Made by a program: the position numbers and the translations under genes | Shown here: positions 18,882 to 29,703 of the stretch, in pieces | Layout: each line of letters starts with the position of its first letter | Position numbering within the stretch: position 1 is the stretch's first letter | Notes under the pieces: model-generated | Told to the model about the DNA's origin: nothing | The model's input: only the letters and a program-made list of their open reading frames with translations | Databases searched by the model: none | From: Candidatus Omnitrophota bacterium | GTDB taxonomy: Bacteria; Omnitrophota; Gorgyraeia; Gygaellales; Profunditerraquicolaceae | Reading direction: 5' to 3' | Length of the DNA: 64,000 nucleotides | NCBI GenBank assembly: GCA_043800555.1 | Contig: JAZDMX010000003.1 | Span: forward strand, 33,947-97,946

Positions 18882-20410
18882 TGCCGAATAAGCCCGTCAA
18901 GAATATATCCTGGGATTTCTTGTCCAAATTCATTATAGCTGTCTTTTTCTTCCTGCAATGCGTCCGTTGGAGCGTGTTATTGCAATCTATGGATATCTAT
19001 TATCACCTTTTGACCGCCTGGGGTTTTATTCAGGCAGGAGGTTATAGCGGCTGGGATTTCTGGCAGTTTGCTCCGGTAGGCAGGCCGCATATTTATCCGC
19101 CGTTTTTTCATCTGGTCCTGGCAGGTTTAATCAAAGCAGGGATAAGCCAGATAATCTTAGCGAAATTATGCGAGATTATCGCTCCCAGCTTGTTCCTCCT
19201 GGTTTTATGGAAGTTCGCCAGGGAGCGTTTTGACAGCTGTTTTGCTTTTTTTGTCAATCTGGCATTTTTCTCCTCGTTTTCATTCTATCTATCGCTGGCT
19301 AATCATATACCGGCAACGCTTACGTTCATATTCGGTATTTTAGCGGTCGATCAGTTTTTTAAAGGTAAGTTGCTGCGCTCCTCTATATTGCTCGCTTTAT
19401 GTTTTTATACGCATATCGGCTTATCCTGGTTTTTTGCCCTCACATTTATTTTCTACGCCTTCATTAATAAGGAAGAAAGAAAGGGCGCCGTATTTGTTTT
19501 AGGCGCGGCTTTAATTCTGGCATCTCCGATGATTATCAAAGAAGTTAACTGTTTAAAATATGTGAGCGCGCTCGGGCTGGATATGCACGAGAAATATTCA
19601 TCTAAAATAAAGGCCGCCGATCTGCTGTTTTCCCTGGCGGGCTTAGTCATTGCCTTAAGGCAAAGAGGCAGGTACGGCTTATTTGCGGCCTTTTTTGTTG
19701 CCAGCTCTATTTTCCTTGTTTATCCATACCGTTTCTTCTCCGCTGAAGGGTATTTCCCCGTGGTTATGCTTTTAGCGCTTTTTTTGAGCTGGTTGTATCG
19801 CAGGTTTAGGGGAAAAATCCTGCTTCTTGTAATCGCGTTATTCACGCTGGTATTTTCTCCCACCTTGTCTTTATATAAGAAAAATACCGTTAATAGCAGC
19901 TCAAGCTATAAGATCAATGTCTTTGACGCCGGGTTCGTTAATTTGCTTCTTGCAAAAGGCCAGATATTATGGTTTCCTAACGAGTATCTTGCTACGGCTA
20001 AACTGGTCAAAGATAATTCGCAAAAAGAAGATATAGTCTTTTGTTCGCTGGATTTTATCGGTTTGACTATATCCAGCCTTGCGGGCAGGGCAACCGCTAA
20101 CGCGCTTTTGCCCGAAATCAGGTTATTTAATGGCTACAACCCTTTTTTATCCTCCAAAATAATCATATTTACCCAGGTTGATGACCCTGTTGTTACCGGT
20201 AAGGCCATAAGCGCTTTAAAATTGATAAAGCTCGGAGAGAACGACTTCTTTGTCGTATACAGGAATCCGGCTTGCAAAGTGTCCGTCAATATCAGGAAAG
20301 CGCTTATCCCGTTTTGGCTTATTTCCATAATCGCAACGCTGGCCTTGTTGGCTTTCTGGCAGGCAGGTAAGATTGAAAAACCTTTAAATAAATTCATAAA
20401 AAAAGTTTGA
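18881..20410 (+). CDS. polytopic integral membrane protein (>=10 TM), possibly GT-C-like glycosyltransferase
   Basis: About 510 aa, very hydrophobic, no soluble catalytic motif recognised. Start is either 18857 or the second Met at 18881, which overlaps the truA stop. Confidence 0.45.
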   Translation: MPNKPVKNISWDFLSKFIIAVFFFLQCVRWSVLLQSMDIYYHLLTAWGFIQAGGYSGWDFWQFAPVGRPHIYPPFFHLVLAGLIKAGISQIILAKLCEIIAPSLFLLVLWKFARERFDSCFAFFVNLAFFSSFSFYLSLANHIPATLTFIFGILAVDQFFKGKLLRSSILLALCFYTHIGLSWFFALTFIFYAFINKEERKGAVFVLGAALILASPMIIKEVNCLKYVSALGLDMHEKYSSKIKAADLLFSLAGLVIALRQRGRYGLFAAFFVASSIFLVYPYRFFSAEGYFPVVMLLALFLSWLYRRFRGKILLLVIALFTLVFSPTLSLYKKNTVNSSSSYKINVFDAGFVNLLLAKGQILWFPNEYLATAKLVKDNSQKEDIVFCSLDFIGLTISSLAGRATANALLPEIRLFNGYNPFLSSKIIIFTQVDDPVVTGKAISALKLIKLGENDFFVVYRNPACKVSVNIRKALIPFWLISIIATLALLAFWQAGKIEKPLNKFIKKV

Positions 20411-20513
20411 CTTAACCCATAAATATGATATACTTCTTTCTCTATGGGTCGGTTGGCTAAGCTCAGGGTTAGCTTGGGCAGCCGGTAGACATGCGCAAGG
20501 AATTGTCCGAAAG

Positions 20514-20942
20514 ATGAAAACCTACACGGTAAAAAAAGAGGATATTAAAAGAGTCTGGTATTTAGTTGATGCCAAGGATAAAATATTGGGCAGGGTAGCG
20601 GCTAAAGTAGCAGCTATCTTAAGGGGCAAGCATAAAGCAATATTTAGCCTGCATATAGATACCGGGGATAGCGTTGTGGTGATAAACGCTGCGCAATTAA
20701 GGCTTACCGGAAGGAAAGCCAAGCAAAAGGTATACCGGCGTTATTCCGGCTATCCGGGTGGCTTAAGGGAAGTAACTTTTGAAAAGATGTTTACGCATAA
20801 GCCGGAAACCGTTTTTAAGCTTGCGGTCAGGCGCATGCTTCCCGGAGGAGCCTTAGGGCATGCCATGTTAAAGAAATTGAAGATTTACGCCGATGATAAG
20901 CATGCGCAGATGGCGCAAAAACCGCAAATTTTGGAGGTATAG
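20514..20942 (+). CDS. rplM: 50S ribosomal protein L13
   Basis: MKTYTVKKEDIKRVWYLVDAKDKILGRVAAKVA. Confidence 0.95.
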   Translation: MKTYTVKKEDIKRVWYLVDAKDKILGRVAAKVAAILRGKHKAIFSLHIDTGDSVVVINAAQLRLTGRKAKQKVYRRYSGYPGGLREVTFEKMFTHKPETVFKLAVRRMLPGGALGHAMLKKLKIYADDKHAQMAQKPQILEV

Positions 20943-20950
20943 ATAATTAA

Positions 20951-21346
20951 ATGAGCGCGACAGTTAAATATACAGCCGTAGGAAGACGCAAGGAATCAGT
21001 GGCCAGGGTAATACTTGTTCCCGGCAAAGGCGGTTTTATGGTCAATAAGCGTCCGTATGAGAAATATTTCTTGAGAGAAACCGATAGGATTATTGTAAAG
21101 CAGCCGTTGGATGTAACTAATAATGTGAATAAATACGATGTTATTGCTAATATTGCCGGTGGCGGGCTTACCGGGCAGGCAGGGGCCTTAAGGTTAGGCA
21201 TTTCCAGGGCGCTGGTTTCTATTGACCCGGCGTTAAAGGATATATTGCGCAAGCAGAGTTATTTAACCCGCGATCCTCGCGCAAAAGAACGCAAGAAGTA
21301 TGGGCAGAAAGGCGCGCGTAAACGCTTCCAATGGACTAAGAGGTAA
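20951..21346 (+). CDS. rpsI: 30S ribosomal protein S9
   Basis: GRRKESVARV...GGGLTGQAGALRLGISRAL...RDPRAKERKKYG. Confidence 0.95.
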   Translation: MSATVKYTAVGRRKESVARVILVPGKGGFMVNKRPYEKYFLRETDRIIVKQPLDVTNNVNKYDVIANIAGGGLTGQAGALRLGISRALVSIDPALKDILRKQSYLTRDPRAKERKKYGQKGARKRFQWTKR

Positions 21347-21390
21347 AATGGCAGTATATAGCATATAGCCTGCAGGGAGAAACAATAAAA

Positions 21391-21420
21391 GGCCTCGCTT
21401 TCCAGCGGGGCCTTTTATTT
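21391..21420 (+). terminator. rho-independent terminator after rpsI
   Basis: 8-bp stem GGCCTCGC / GCGGGGCC (one G-U pair) with a 6-nt loop, followed by TTTTATTTT. Confidence 0.6.
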
Positions 21421-21590
21421 TATCTTCCGACGAGAAAATGCTTGCCCTGTCAAAAACTTTATGCTAAAATACAAGCAAATATTTTAAGGCCTTAGCCCGA
21501 TGCGAAATGCCCGACGGGTGACTGCGGCATAAACGTTTTTAAGGGGGCGTGGCTACGGCGGGATTTTACTCTAAGATTGGGAATATATTC

Positions 21591-22628
21591 ATGGCATATA
21601 ACAGCAAGCTAAATGTCGGGATCGTGGGAGTGACCGGGTATACGGGAGAGGGGCTGATCCGGATCCTGCTTAGGCATCCAGCAGTTAAGATTTCCGGGCT
21701 TTTCTCAAGTAGCGCCTGCGGTAAAACAATTTCGGAAATATTCCCCGAGTTTAGGGCTAAGGCGGGTTTAGTTTGTTTGAGGCCGGATGTAAAAAACATC
21801 ATTGATAAATGCGATCTTGTATTTTTAGCTTTGCCGCATACCGCTTCCATGGGTTTAGCGCCGCAGTTGCTTAAGGCGGGTAAAAGAGTAATTGATTTAA
21901 GCGCCGATTACAGGCTTAAAGACTTTAAGGTTTATGAAAAGTTTTACCAGTATAAGCATGTTGATAAGGAAAACTTAAAAGATTCTGTTTACGGGTTGCC
22001 TGAATTGTGCAGGGCTCAAATCAAAAAGGCTCTGATTGTCGCTAATCCCGGTTGTTATCCGACGGCAGCGATATTGGCGTTAGCCCCGCTAGTAGCTTTA
22101 GGGGCGGTAGATTTTAACTCGATAATTATCGATGCTAAATCCGGCGTAAGCGGCGCCGGAAGGAATAAAGCCAAAGAGTTCTTCTCTTCGCCGGACAAAG
22201 AGGATTTCAGGGCTTATAAGGTTGGCGTGCACCAGCATGCCCCGGAAATCAACCAGGCGCTATCGAAACTGGCGGGTAAAAAGATTAATGTGACCTTTGT
22301 CCCGCATCTATTGCCGGTGAAGGCGGGAATATTGGAGACGATCTATGTGCAGAAAACCCATGGCCCTAAGCCTGTAGCTTGCAGCTTGGTTAGCTTATAC
22401 AAGAGATTTTACAAGAAAGAGCCGTTTGTAAGAATAAGGGATGAAGGAGATTTTCCCGGGTTAAAGGATGTAGTCGGGACGAATTTTTGCGATATCGGAA
22501 TAAAGGATAGCGCTAAAAGCGCGGTTATAATTTGCGTCATTGATAACCTCTTAAAAGGGGCTTGCGGACAGGCAGCGCAGAATATGAATATAATGTATGG
22601 GTTTCCGGAAACAATGGGGTTGTTATGA
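21591..22628 (+). CDS. argC: N-acetyl-gamma-glutamyl-phosphate reductase
   Basis: LNVGIVGVTGYTGEGLIRIL..., active Cys in ANPGCYPTA. Confidence 0.9.
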   Translation: MAYNSKLNVGIVGVTGYTGEGLIRILLRHPAVKISGLFSSSACGKTISEIFPEFRAKAGLVCLRPDVKNIIDKCDLVFLALPHTASMGLAPQLLKAGKRVIDLSADYRLKDFKVYEKFYQYKHVDKENLKDSVYGLPELCRAQIKKALIVANPGCYPTAAILALAPLVALGAVDFNSIIIDAKSGVSGAGRNKAKEFFSSPDKEDFRAYKVGVHQHAPEINQALSKLAGKKINVTFVPHLLPVKAGILETIYVQKTHGPKPVACSLVSLYKRFYKKEPFVRIRDEGDFPGLKDVVGTNFCDIGIKDSAKSAVIICVIDNLLKGACGQAAQNMNIMYGFPETMGLL

Positions 22629-22763
22629 GCACAAATAATGAATAAGCAAGCGCCAAATCTCCGCAACCAAAAGCTTGCTTATTGAGGTATCGGGTAGCGG
22701 AACTTATTTGGCGATTAGGGTTTGGGAAATCGGCGGTCAAGTTTATTTTAATTTCTAACTAAA

Positions 22764-23900
22764 ATGAAGATATCTAAAAAAGCGGTCCTTCCGGCAGGTT
22801 TTAAAGCAAGCGGGATATCCTGCGGGATTAAGAAATCAGGTAAGCCGGACCTGGCCCTGTTTTTTTCGGAAATACCCGCGAAAGCCGCTTGCGTATTTAC
22901 AACCAATAGCATATTGGCTGCGCCGGTTGTTTTGAGTAAAAGTTATTTAAAAGTTAGCGGTTCTTTTCAGGCGATTATCGCTAACAGCGGGAACGCAAAT
23001 TGTTTTACCGCCAGCCAGGGGTTAAAAGACGCGCAAGAAACCTCGCTATTTTTAGGCAAGGCGCTGGGATTGAAAAAAGAGGGCGTTTTGGTCGCTTCCA
23101 CCGGGATAATCGGAAAGAAGCTGCAAACCGCCAAGATTAGGGCCGGCATGCCTAAATTAGTCAAGGAATTGTCCCCCAGCGGAATCCATGCGGCGAAAAA
23201 GGCGATCCTGACCACGGATACTTTTACTAAAGAAGCTTCGGTTAATTTGAAGATAGGCTCTAAGCGCGTAACTATCTGCGGAGTAGCTAAGGGGGCCGGG
23301 ATGATCGCTCCGGACATGGCGACTCTTTTGGTTTTTATTTTTACGGACGCTTTTATAACCAGGGGGGCGCTTAACCGGGCTTTGAGAGCGGCGGTAAAAG
23401 GTTCTTTTAACAGCATAACCGTTGATGGCTGCATGAGTACCAATGATTCGGTTATGCTTTTGGCAAACGGAGCCAGCGGCAGCGTTTTAATCCAGGGGGG
23501 TAAGCGCCTGGATTTGTTTATCCAAGGGCTAAGCGCCCTTTGCCTGGACTTAGCTAAGATGATTGTTAAGGATGGCGAAGGCGCAAGCAAATTTATCCGG
23601 ATCAAGGTAAGTTCTGCCAGGAATTACGGAGAAGCCAAGGTAGTAGCGTTAAATATAGCCAATTCCAATCTTTTTAAAACAGCTGTTTACGGCCAGAACC
23701 CTAATTTCGGGAGAATTGCCGCTGCCGCGGGGGCAAGCGGGGTAGGCGTTAAAGAGAAGGATTTTAAAGTTAAGGTTAGTTCTCTGAAAAAGAAAGATAT
23801 AAATGTGGAAGTCGCATTGAATCAAGGCCAGGCAAGCGCTATAGTTTATACTTCGGACCTTACGCCTGAGTATATTAAAATTAATGCGGAATACAATTAA
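22764..23900 (+). CDS. argJ: bifunctional glutamate N-acetyltransferase / amino-acid acetyltransferase ArgJ
   Basis: PAGFKASGISCGIKK..., self-cleavage Thr region ...GMIAPDMATLLVF. Confidence 0.9.
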   Translation: MKISKKAVLPAGFKASGISCGIKKSGKPDLALFFSEIPAKAACVFTTNSILAAPVVLSKSYLKVSGSFQAIIANSGNANCFTASQGLKDAQETSLFLGKALGLKKEGVLVASTGIIGKKLQTAKIRAGMPKLVKELSPSGIHAAKKAILTTDTFTKEASVNLKIGSKRVTICGVAKGAGMIAPDMATLLVFIFTDAFITRGALNRALRAAVKGSFNSITVDGCMSTNDSVMLLANGASGSVLIQGGKRLDLFIQGLSALCLDLAKMIVKDGEGASKFIRIKVSSARNYGEAKVVALNIANSNLFKTAVYGQNPNFGRIAAAAGASGVGVKEKDFKVKVSSLKKKDINVEVALNQGQASAIVYTSDLTPEYIKINAEYN

Positions 23901-23911
23901 GCGAGGTTAAA

Positions 23912-24766
23912 ATGGAAGAGGCAATCAGAAAGGCGGATGTATTAATCGAAGCGCTGCCGTATATCAAGAAGTTCCATAAGAAAGTAATCGTTATAAAGTA
24001 TGGCGGGAGCATTTTAGGGGAAGAAAAAATCCGTAAAGGCGTTTTGGAAGATATTGTCTTTTTGAATTTTATGGGGTTAAGGCCCGTATTGGTGCATGGA
24101 GGCGGCCCGAATATAAGCGATAGGATGCGGCATTCCGGCAAAAAGACCGAATTTGTGGACGGAATGAGGGTCACCGATGAAGAAACGTTGTTCGTTGTGG
24201 AAGAAGAATTGCAGGCCTTAAACGATAAAATCGTTAAGGAAATATCGGAATTAGGGGCAAAGGCTGTCGGGCTAAATGGAAAGAACGGTTTGCTTATTCA
24301 GGCTGAAAAGAAAAAGGCAAAGGTGGACCTCGGGTTGGTGGGCAATATTATCGGGGTTAACTCCGGGATAATCCTGGAAGAATTAAAGAAAGACAGGATT
24401 GCGGTTATTCTTCCTATGGCTTGCGCCAAAGATAAGAAAACATATAATGTCAACGCGGATGAAGCAGCCGCCAGCGTGGCCAGGGCGCTTGAGGCGGAAA
24501 AGTTCGTTTTGTTGACTAATGTCAAAGGCATCTTGCGTAATCCCGATGACTTGCATTCGTTTATTTCAACATTGACGACTAAGGAGGCCAGGGGTTTAGT
24601 CGAAGATAAAGTTATTCAACAGGGGATGATCCCTAAGGTTAAGGCCTGTATCGATGCTTTGGAAAAAGGGGTCAAGAAGACGCATATTATTGACGCGCGT
24701 GTTCCGCACGGGCTGTTGCTTGAAATTTTTACGGATAAGGGCATTGGGACGGAGATAGTGCAATGA
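23912..24766 (+). CDS. argB: acetylglutamate kinase
   Basis: VIVIKYGGS..., amino-acid kinase fold, 284 aa. Confidence 0.9.
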   Translation: MEEAIRKADVLIEALPYIKKFHKKVIVIKYGGSILGEEKIRKGVLEDIVFLNFMGLRPVLVHGGGPNISDRMRHSGKKTEFVDGMRVTDEETLFVVEEELQALNDKIVKEISELGAKAVGLNGKNGLLIQAEKKKAKVDLGLVGNIIGVNSGIILEELKKDRIAVILPMACAKDKKTYNVNADEAAASVARALEAEKFVLLTNVKGILRNPDDLHSFISTLTTKEARGLVEDKVIQQGMIPKVKACIDALEKGVKKTHIIDARVPHGLLLEIFTDKGIGTEIVQ

Positions 24767-24814
24767 ATGGATGATGGATTTTTCTTGCCTCCGTCATCCC
24801 AAGCGAACCATAAA

Positions 24815-26074
24815 ATGAAAATCGAAGACATTTTTCAAGCCTATAATGATTATATAATGCCCACATATACCAAGTCCCCTTTGGTTTTTGTAAAGGGAAA
24901 GGGCTCTAAGCTTTGGGATATCCATAATAAGGCATATCTGGATTTTTTCCCGGGTTGGGGCGTGGGCAGCCTCGGCCATTGCCATCCCAAGGTTATGCAG
25001 GCAGTGCGGGATCAGGTATCTAAACTTATTTTTATACCGAATAACTATTATAATATCCCGCAGGCGAAATTAGCCAGAGAAATAGCCTATTGGTCATATC
25101 CTTCGAAGGTATTCTTTTGTAATTCCGGAGCAGAGGCGAATGAAGCCGCCTTTAAGCTTGCCAGAAAATTTGGCGCTTCGGCTAAGCCCAAAACCGATGG
25201 CCAGCCAGGCCCTGAGCCTGCCGCCGGAGAGGATACAAGCAGCGGGTGCAACAGATACGAAATCATTACTTTTGAGAATTCTTTTCACGGGAGGACATTG
25301 GCTACGCTCGCTGCGACGGGACAGAAAAAATACCAGGAGGGCTTTAACCCTTTGCCCGCAGGTTTTAAAACCGTCAAGTTTAACGATTTGCAAGCGGTTA
25401 GCAACGCTGTCAGCGATAAGACAGTCGCCATAATGTTGGAGCTTGTCCAGGGCGAAGGCGGAATAAATGTCGCGGATAAAGATTTTGTTTTAGGGCTAAG
25501 AAAATTATGCGATGAAAAGAAACTGTTATTTATTGCAGATGAGATCCAGACCGGGATGGCCAGGACCGGAAAATTATTCTGTTACCAGCATTATTGCGTG
25601 ATTCCGGATATAATGACTTTAGCCAAGGCGTTGGGCGGGGGCCTGCCAATCGGCGTAATGGTAGCAAAGAAAGAGATTGCCGATACCCTGGGGCCCGGAA
25701 CGCACGCTTCGACTTTCGGGGGTTCTCCGGTTATAGCCCGGGCTGCGTTGGCAGTATTTAAGGCCATACAGGAAGAAAAAATGCTCAAGAACGCCAAGCT
25801 TATGGGAGAATACCTGTTTACAAAATTGAATATCTTAAAGGAAAAGCATTCCGTAATAAAGGAAATAAGGGGATTGGGATTAATGGCCGGAATCGAATTA
25901 AATACCGCGGGGAAAAATATAGTTGAGAAATGCGTCGAAAGGGGCCTTTTGATCAATTGCACGCACGTAAATGTCTTAAGGTTGATGCCGGCGTTAAACG
26001 TTACGAAGAAAGAAATAGATAAGGCAGTTTCCATCTTAGGGGCGGTTCTGAACTCGTACGGAAATTGTCCTTAA
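24815..26074 (+). CDS. argD: acetylornithine aminotransferase (class III PLP)
   Basis: ...[14 protein letters not shown]..., [15 protein letters not shown]-Lys region [13 protein letters not shown]. Contains an extra Pro/Gly-rich insertion (about 25170-25260). Confidence 0.85.
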   Translation: MKIEDIFQAYNDYIMPTYTKSPLVFVKGKGSKLWDIHNKAYLDFFPGWGVGSLGHCHPKVMQAVRDQVSKLIFIPNNYYNIPQAKLAREIAYWSYPSKVFFCNSGAEANEAAFKLARKFGASAKPKTDGQPGPEPAAGEDTSSGCNRYEIITFENSFHGRTLATLAATGQKKYQEGFNPLPAGFKTVKFNDLQAVSNAVSDKTVAIMLELVQGEGGINVADKDFVLGLRKLCDEKKLLFIADEIQTGMARTGKLFCYQHYCVIPDIMTLAKALGGGLPIGVMVAKKEIADTLGPGTHASTFGGSPVIARAALAVFKAIQEEKMLKNAKLMGEYLFTKLNILKEKHSVIKEIRGLGLMAGIELNTAGKNIVEKCVERGLLINCTHVNVLRLMPALNVTKKEIDKAVSILGAVLNSYGNCP

Positions 26075-26129
26075 GGAAGCGGCGGCGTTGCTTCGTTTTG
26101 AGAAGAGCCCCTATCTGAGTGAGGGAAGA

Positions 26130-27056
26130 ATGAAAAAAGACCTGCTTACGATAAAAGATTTAACTACGAAAGAAATCGAAGGGTTATTCAGCCTTACCGA
26201 TAAGTTAAAAAGGAATAAGTTAAAATTCAGAAAAGTTTTAGCCGGTAAGACCATCGCGCTTGTTTTTCAGAAGCCTTCGAACCGGACCAGGGTTTCTTTT
26301 GAGGTAGGGATGTTTCAGTTGGGGGGAAACTCTCTGTATTTGTCCCCGGATGAGATAAGCCTGGGAGTAAGAGAATCTGTGGCCGACGTAGCCAAGACCT
26401 TATCCAGGTATGTAGACGGGATAGTTTTAAGGACATTTGAACATAATAATTGCATAGAGCTGGCAAAATTTGCGGCCATACCGGTAATCAACGGCCTTTC
26501 GGATTTTTCGCACCCTTGCCAGGCGTTGGCGGATCTATACACGATAAAGGAAAAGCTAAAGGCCCTCAAAGGCGTAACTTTGGCTTACGTGGGAGATGGA
26601 AATAATGTTTGCAATTCCCTGCTTTTGGCTTGCGCTAAGTTAGGCGTAAACATGAATGTGGGTTGCCCGAAAGGTTATGAACCGGATTCTCCGGTATTAA
26701 GGGATTCTAAGGCTATCGGAGATGCCACCGGGGCTTCTATCGATTTGTTCGATAAGGCGCCCAGCGCGGTGAAGAATGCGGATGTGATTTATACCGATGT
26801 TTGGGCAAGTATGGGGCAGGAAGATGAGTCTCAGAAGAGGAAAGAGGCGTTTAAGGATTTTCAGGTTAATATGGATTTAGTGAAATTAGCCAAGAAAGAT
26901 GTTTTGGTCATGCATTGCCTGCCCGCGCATAGGCAAGAAGAGATAACCGATGAGGTGCTGGATAGCAAAAATGCGGTTGTGTTCGATGAAGCCGAAAACA
27001 GGATGCATGTGCAGAAGGCGATTTTGATGAAACTATTAGGGGAGATAATTAGATGA
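26130..27056 (+). CDS. argF: ornithine carbamoyltransferase
   Basis: STRTR-type motif ([10 protein letters not shown]) and HCLPA motif ([10 protein letters not shown]). Confidence 0.9.
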   Translation: MKKDLLTIKDLTTKEIEGLFSLTDKLKRNKLKFRKVLAGKTIALVFQKPSNRTRVSFEVGMFQLGGNSLYLSPDEISLGVRESVADVAKTLSRYVDGIVLRTFEHNNCIELAKFAAIPVINGLSDFSHPCQALADLYTIKEKLKALKGVTLAYVGDGNNVCNSLLLACAKLGVNMNVGCPKGYEPDSPVLRDSKAIGDATGASIDLFDKAPSAVKNADVIYTDVWASMGQEDESQKRKEAFKDFQVNMDLVKLAKKDVLVMHCLPAHRQEEITDEVLDSKNAVVFDEAENRMHVQKAILMKLLGEIIR

Positions 27057-28234
27057 AGAAAGTAGTATTGGCGTATTCGGGCGGTTTGGATACATCCTGT
27101 ATAGTCAGGTGGTTAAAAGACAAAGGCTATGAGGTAATCTGTTTTATGGCGGACTTGGGCCAGGGTTTGGGTAAAGGTGAAAACTTGGGCGCAATAGAGG
27201 CCAGGGCCTTAGCTGCCGGAGCAAGCAAGGTTTATATCAAGGACCTGCAGGATGAATTCGTCCAGGATTTTATTTTGCCAAGTTTACGGGCTAATACAGT
27301 TTATGAGGGTAAATATTTATTGGCGACTGCTTTGGGCAGGCCTTTAATCGCTAAGTATCTCGTGCAGATAGCCCATAAAGAAAAAGCCGATGCCGTGGCC
27401 CACGGATGCACCGGAAAAGGCAATGACCAGGTAAGGATTGAAGTTGCTTGCGCAATCCTTGATTCCGGCTTAGAGGTTATTGCCCCGCTAAGATCCTGGG
27501 AATTTAAGTCCCGGGAAGAAGAGATTGAGTATGCCAAAATGCATAATATCCCCATAGGCGTTACCAGGAAAAAACCGTATAGTATCGACAGGAATATATG
27601 GGGCATTAGCATTGAAGCAGGCGTTTTGGAGGATTTGACTCAAGAGCCTCCGGAAGACGCCTACCTGATTACTAAGAGCCCTATAACTCAAGCGACTTAT
27701 CCTAAATATACCGAGGTTTATTTTGAAAAAGGCGTGCCGAAGAAAATCGACGGTAAAACTTACAAATTAAAAACCCTGATTAGCCATTTGAATGAAATAG
27801 GCGGCTTGCATGGCGTTGGCAGGTCGGACATGGTCGAGAATAGGCTGGTCGGAATAAAGTCCAGGGAGATCTATGAAGCCCCGGCAGCGACTATTTTACA
27901 TATCGCGCATAAAGAGTTGGAAGCGCTTGTGTTGGACCGGGAACTGGCGCATTTTAAAGATATTATCAGCCTTAAATATTCGGAATTGGTGTATAATGGG
28001 CTCTGGTTTTCTCCCTTAAGGGAAGCGCTGGATGGCTTTGTGCAATCCACGCAGGAAAATGTTACCGGTTCAATCCGGCTGAAGTTGTTCAAGGGGAATT
28101 GTGTGGCCGTAGGAAGAAAATCAAGAAATTCCCTTTATAAGAAAGAGTTGAGCACTTACGGCAAGGAAGATAAGTTTGACCAGAAACTGGCCGAAGGGTT
28201 CATTAAAATCTGGTCTATGCCGTATAAGAGATAG
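27053..28234 (+). CDS. argG: argininosuccinate synthase
   Basis: [17 protein letters not shown]-loop. 393 aa. Confidence 0.95.
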   Translation: MKKVVLAYSGGLDTSCIVRWLKDKGYEVICFMADLGQGLGKGENLGAIEARALAAGASKVYIKDLQDEFVQDFILPSLRANTVYEGKYLLATALGRPLIAKYLVQIAHKEKADAVAHGCTGKGNDQVRIEVACAILDSGLEVIAPLRSWEFKSREEEIEYAKMHNIPIGVTRKKPYSIDRNIWGISIEAGVLEDLTQEPPEDAYLITKSPITQATYPKYTEVYFEKGVPKKIDGKTYKLKTLISHLNEIGGLHGVGRSDMVENRLVGIKSREIYEAPAATILHIAHKELEALVLDRELAHFKDIISLKYSELVYNGLWFSPLREALDGFVQSTQENVTGSIRLKLFKGNCVAVGRKSRNSLYKKELSTYGKEDKFDQKLAEGFIKIWSMPYKR

Positions 28235-28289
28235 TATAACGGACAGCAGCAGAAAGCTAAAGACAGGGAAGGGCAAATCGAGGATTAAA

Positions 28290-29651
28290 ATGGCAAAGAA
28301 ACTTTGGGGCGGAAGATTTGACAAGAAAACAGATCCTTCGGTAGAGGAATTCGCGAAATCCATACACTATGATTATAAATTAGCCGAGTATGATATTATC
28401 GGCTCAAGGATTCATGTCGCGATTCTTAAGAATTCAGGTTATTTGACTAATGCCGAAGCGATAAAGCTGGCCAAGGCATTGGATTTTATCGCTAAGAGCA
28501 TTACAAACGGGACATTCAGGTATGATAGGGATGCCGAAGATATACATACGGATATCCAGAACCTTCTACAGGAGAGAGTTAAAGATTTGGCGTTAAAACT
28601 GCATACTGCAAGATCGAGAAATGATCAAGTAGTGTTTGCTACTAAGCTTTATTGCCATTGCGCTGCGCTAGAAGTGGACCTAAAGGTCAAGGAATTGTCC
28701 TGGTGCCTGAAAGAATTGGCCTTGAAAGATGATAATAGAAGCACAATTATCCCGGGTTTTACGCATATGCAGCATGCTCAGCCGGTTTATCTAAAAGATT
28801 ACCTTTGGGCATACAGGGATATGTTGGGAAGGGATTCCCGGAGGCTGGATAATATTGCTTCAAACCTGACGGTAAACATGGGCGCAGGCGCTTTAGCGGG
28901 GACGCCGATAAATGCAGTTGAATACAGCAAAGTTATAGCGAGGGTTTTAAAGACATATAAGGGATTCGCTAAGGGGTTGAGGGTAAGCGCGATTACTAAT
29001 TCCCTGGATACGGTTAGCGACAGGGATTTTATAATAGAAATTATCAGCGCGTTATCTATCTTAGCAACGCATCTATCCCGGTTCTCCGAGGATCTGATTA
29101 TCTGGTCTACTAAGGAATTTGATTTCGTGGAAATAGATGAGGCTTTTTGCACCGGCAGTTCGCTTATGCCGCAAAAGAAGAATCCGGATGTTTTAGAGCT
29201 AATCCGGGGCTATACCGGAAGATTGTATGGCAATCTGGTAAGCGTATTAACAATGATGAAGGGCTTGCCTTTAGCCTATAACAGGGATATGCAGTTGGAC
29301 AAAGAGCCCCTTTTCAATTCATTTGAGATAATCTCTTCGGAATTAAAAGTATTTACGGGCCTGATTAAGGCGCTGAAATTCAATAAAGCCAAAATAGAAG
29401 AGCAATTACAGGATGAGTCCTTGTATGCCACGGACTTGGTTTATTACCTGGTAGATAGGAAAATACCGTTTAAGAGCGCGCATACTATTATCGGAAAACT
29501 GGTAAAATATTCAATCGATAACGATATTCAAATCAAAGATATGCCGGAAGGCTTGCTTAGAAAATTCTCCGGGAAATTTGTTAAAAAAGAAATAGTTAAA
29601 TTATTTGATCCGCTGGTTTCAGTGGGGTCAAAGAAGTCGGTTAAGAGGTAA
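28290..29651 (+). CDS. argH: argininosuccinate lyase
   Basis: MAKKLWGGRFDKK N-terminus, GSSLMPQKKNPD fumarate-lyase signature. Confidence 0.95.
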   Translation: MAKKLWGGRFDKKTDPSVEEFAKSIHYDYKLAEYDIIGSRIHVAILKNSGYLTNAEAIKLAKALDFIAKSITNGTFRYDRDAEDIHTDIQNLLQERVKDLALKLHTARSRNDQVVFATKLYCHCAALEVDLKVKELSWCLKELALKDDNRSTIIPGFTHMQHAQPVYLKDYLWAYRDMLGRDSRRLDNIASNLTVNMGAGALAGTPINAVEYSKVIARVLKTYKGFAKGLRVSAITNSLDTVSDRDFIIEIISALSILATHLSRFSEDLIIWSTKEFDFVEIDEAFCTGSSLMPQKKNPDVLELIRGYTGRLYGNLVSVLTMMKGLPLAYNRDMQLDKEPLFNSFEIISSELKVFTGLIKALKFNKAKIEEQLQDESLYATDLVYYLVDRKIPFKSAHTIIGKLVKYSIDNDIQIKDMPEGLLRKFSGKFVKKEIVKLFDPLVSVGSKKSVKR

Positions 29652-29703
29652 GAGCCGTAGCTGTTGCGCATAACTGCTTACAATATGAGAGGATAGCGGG
29701 CAA

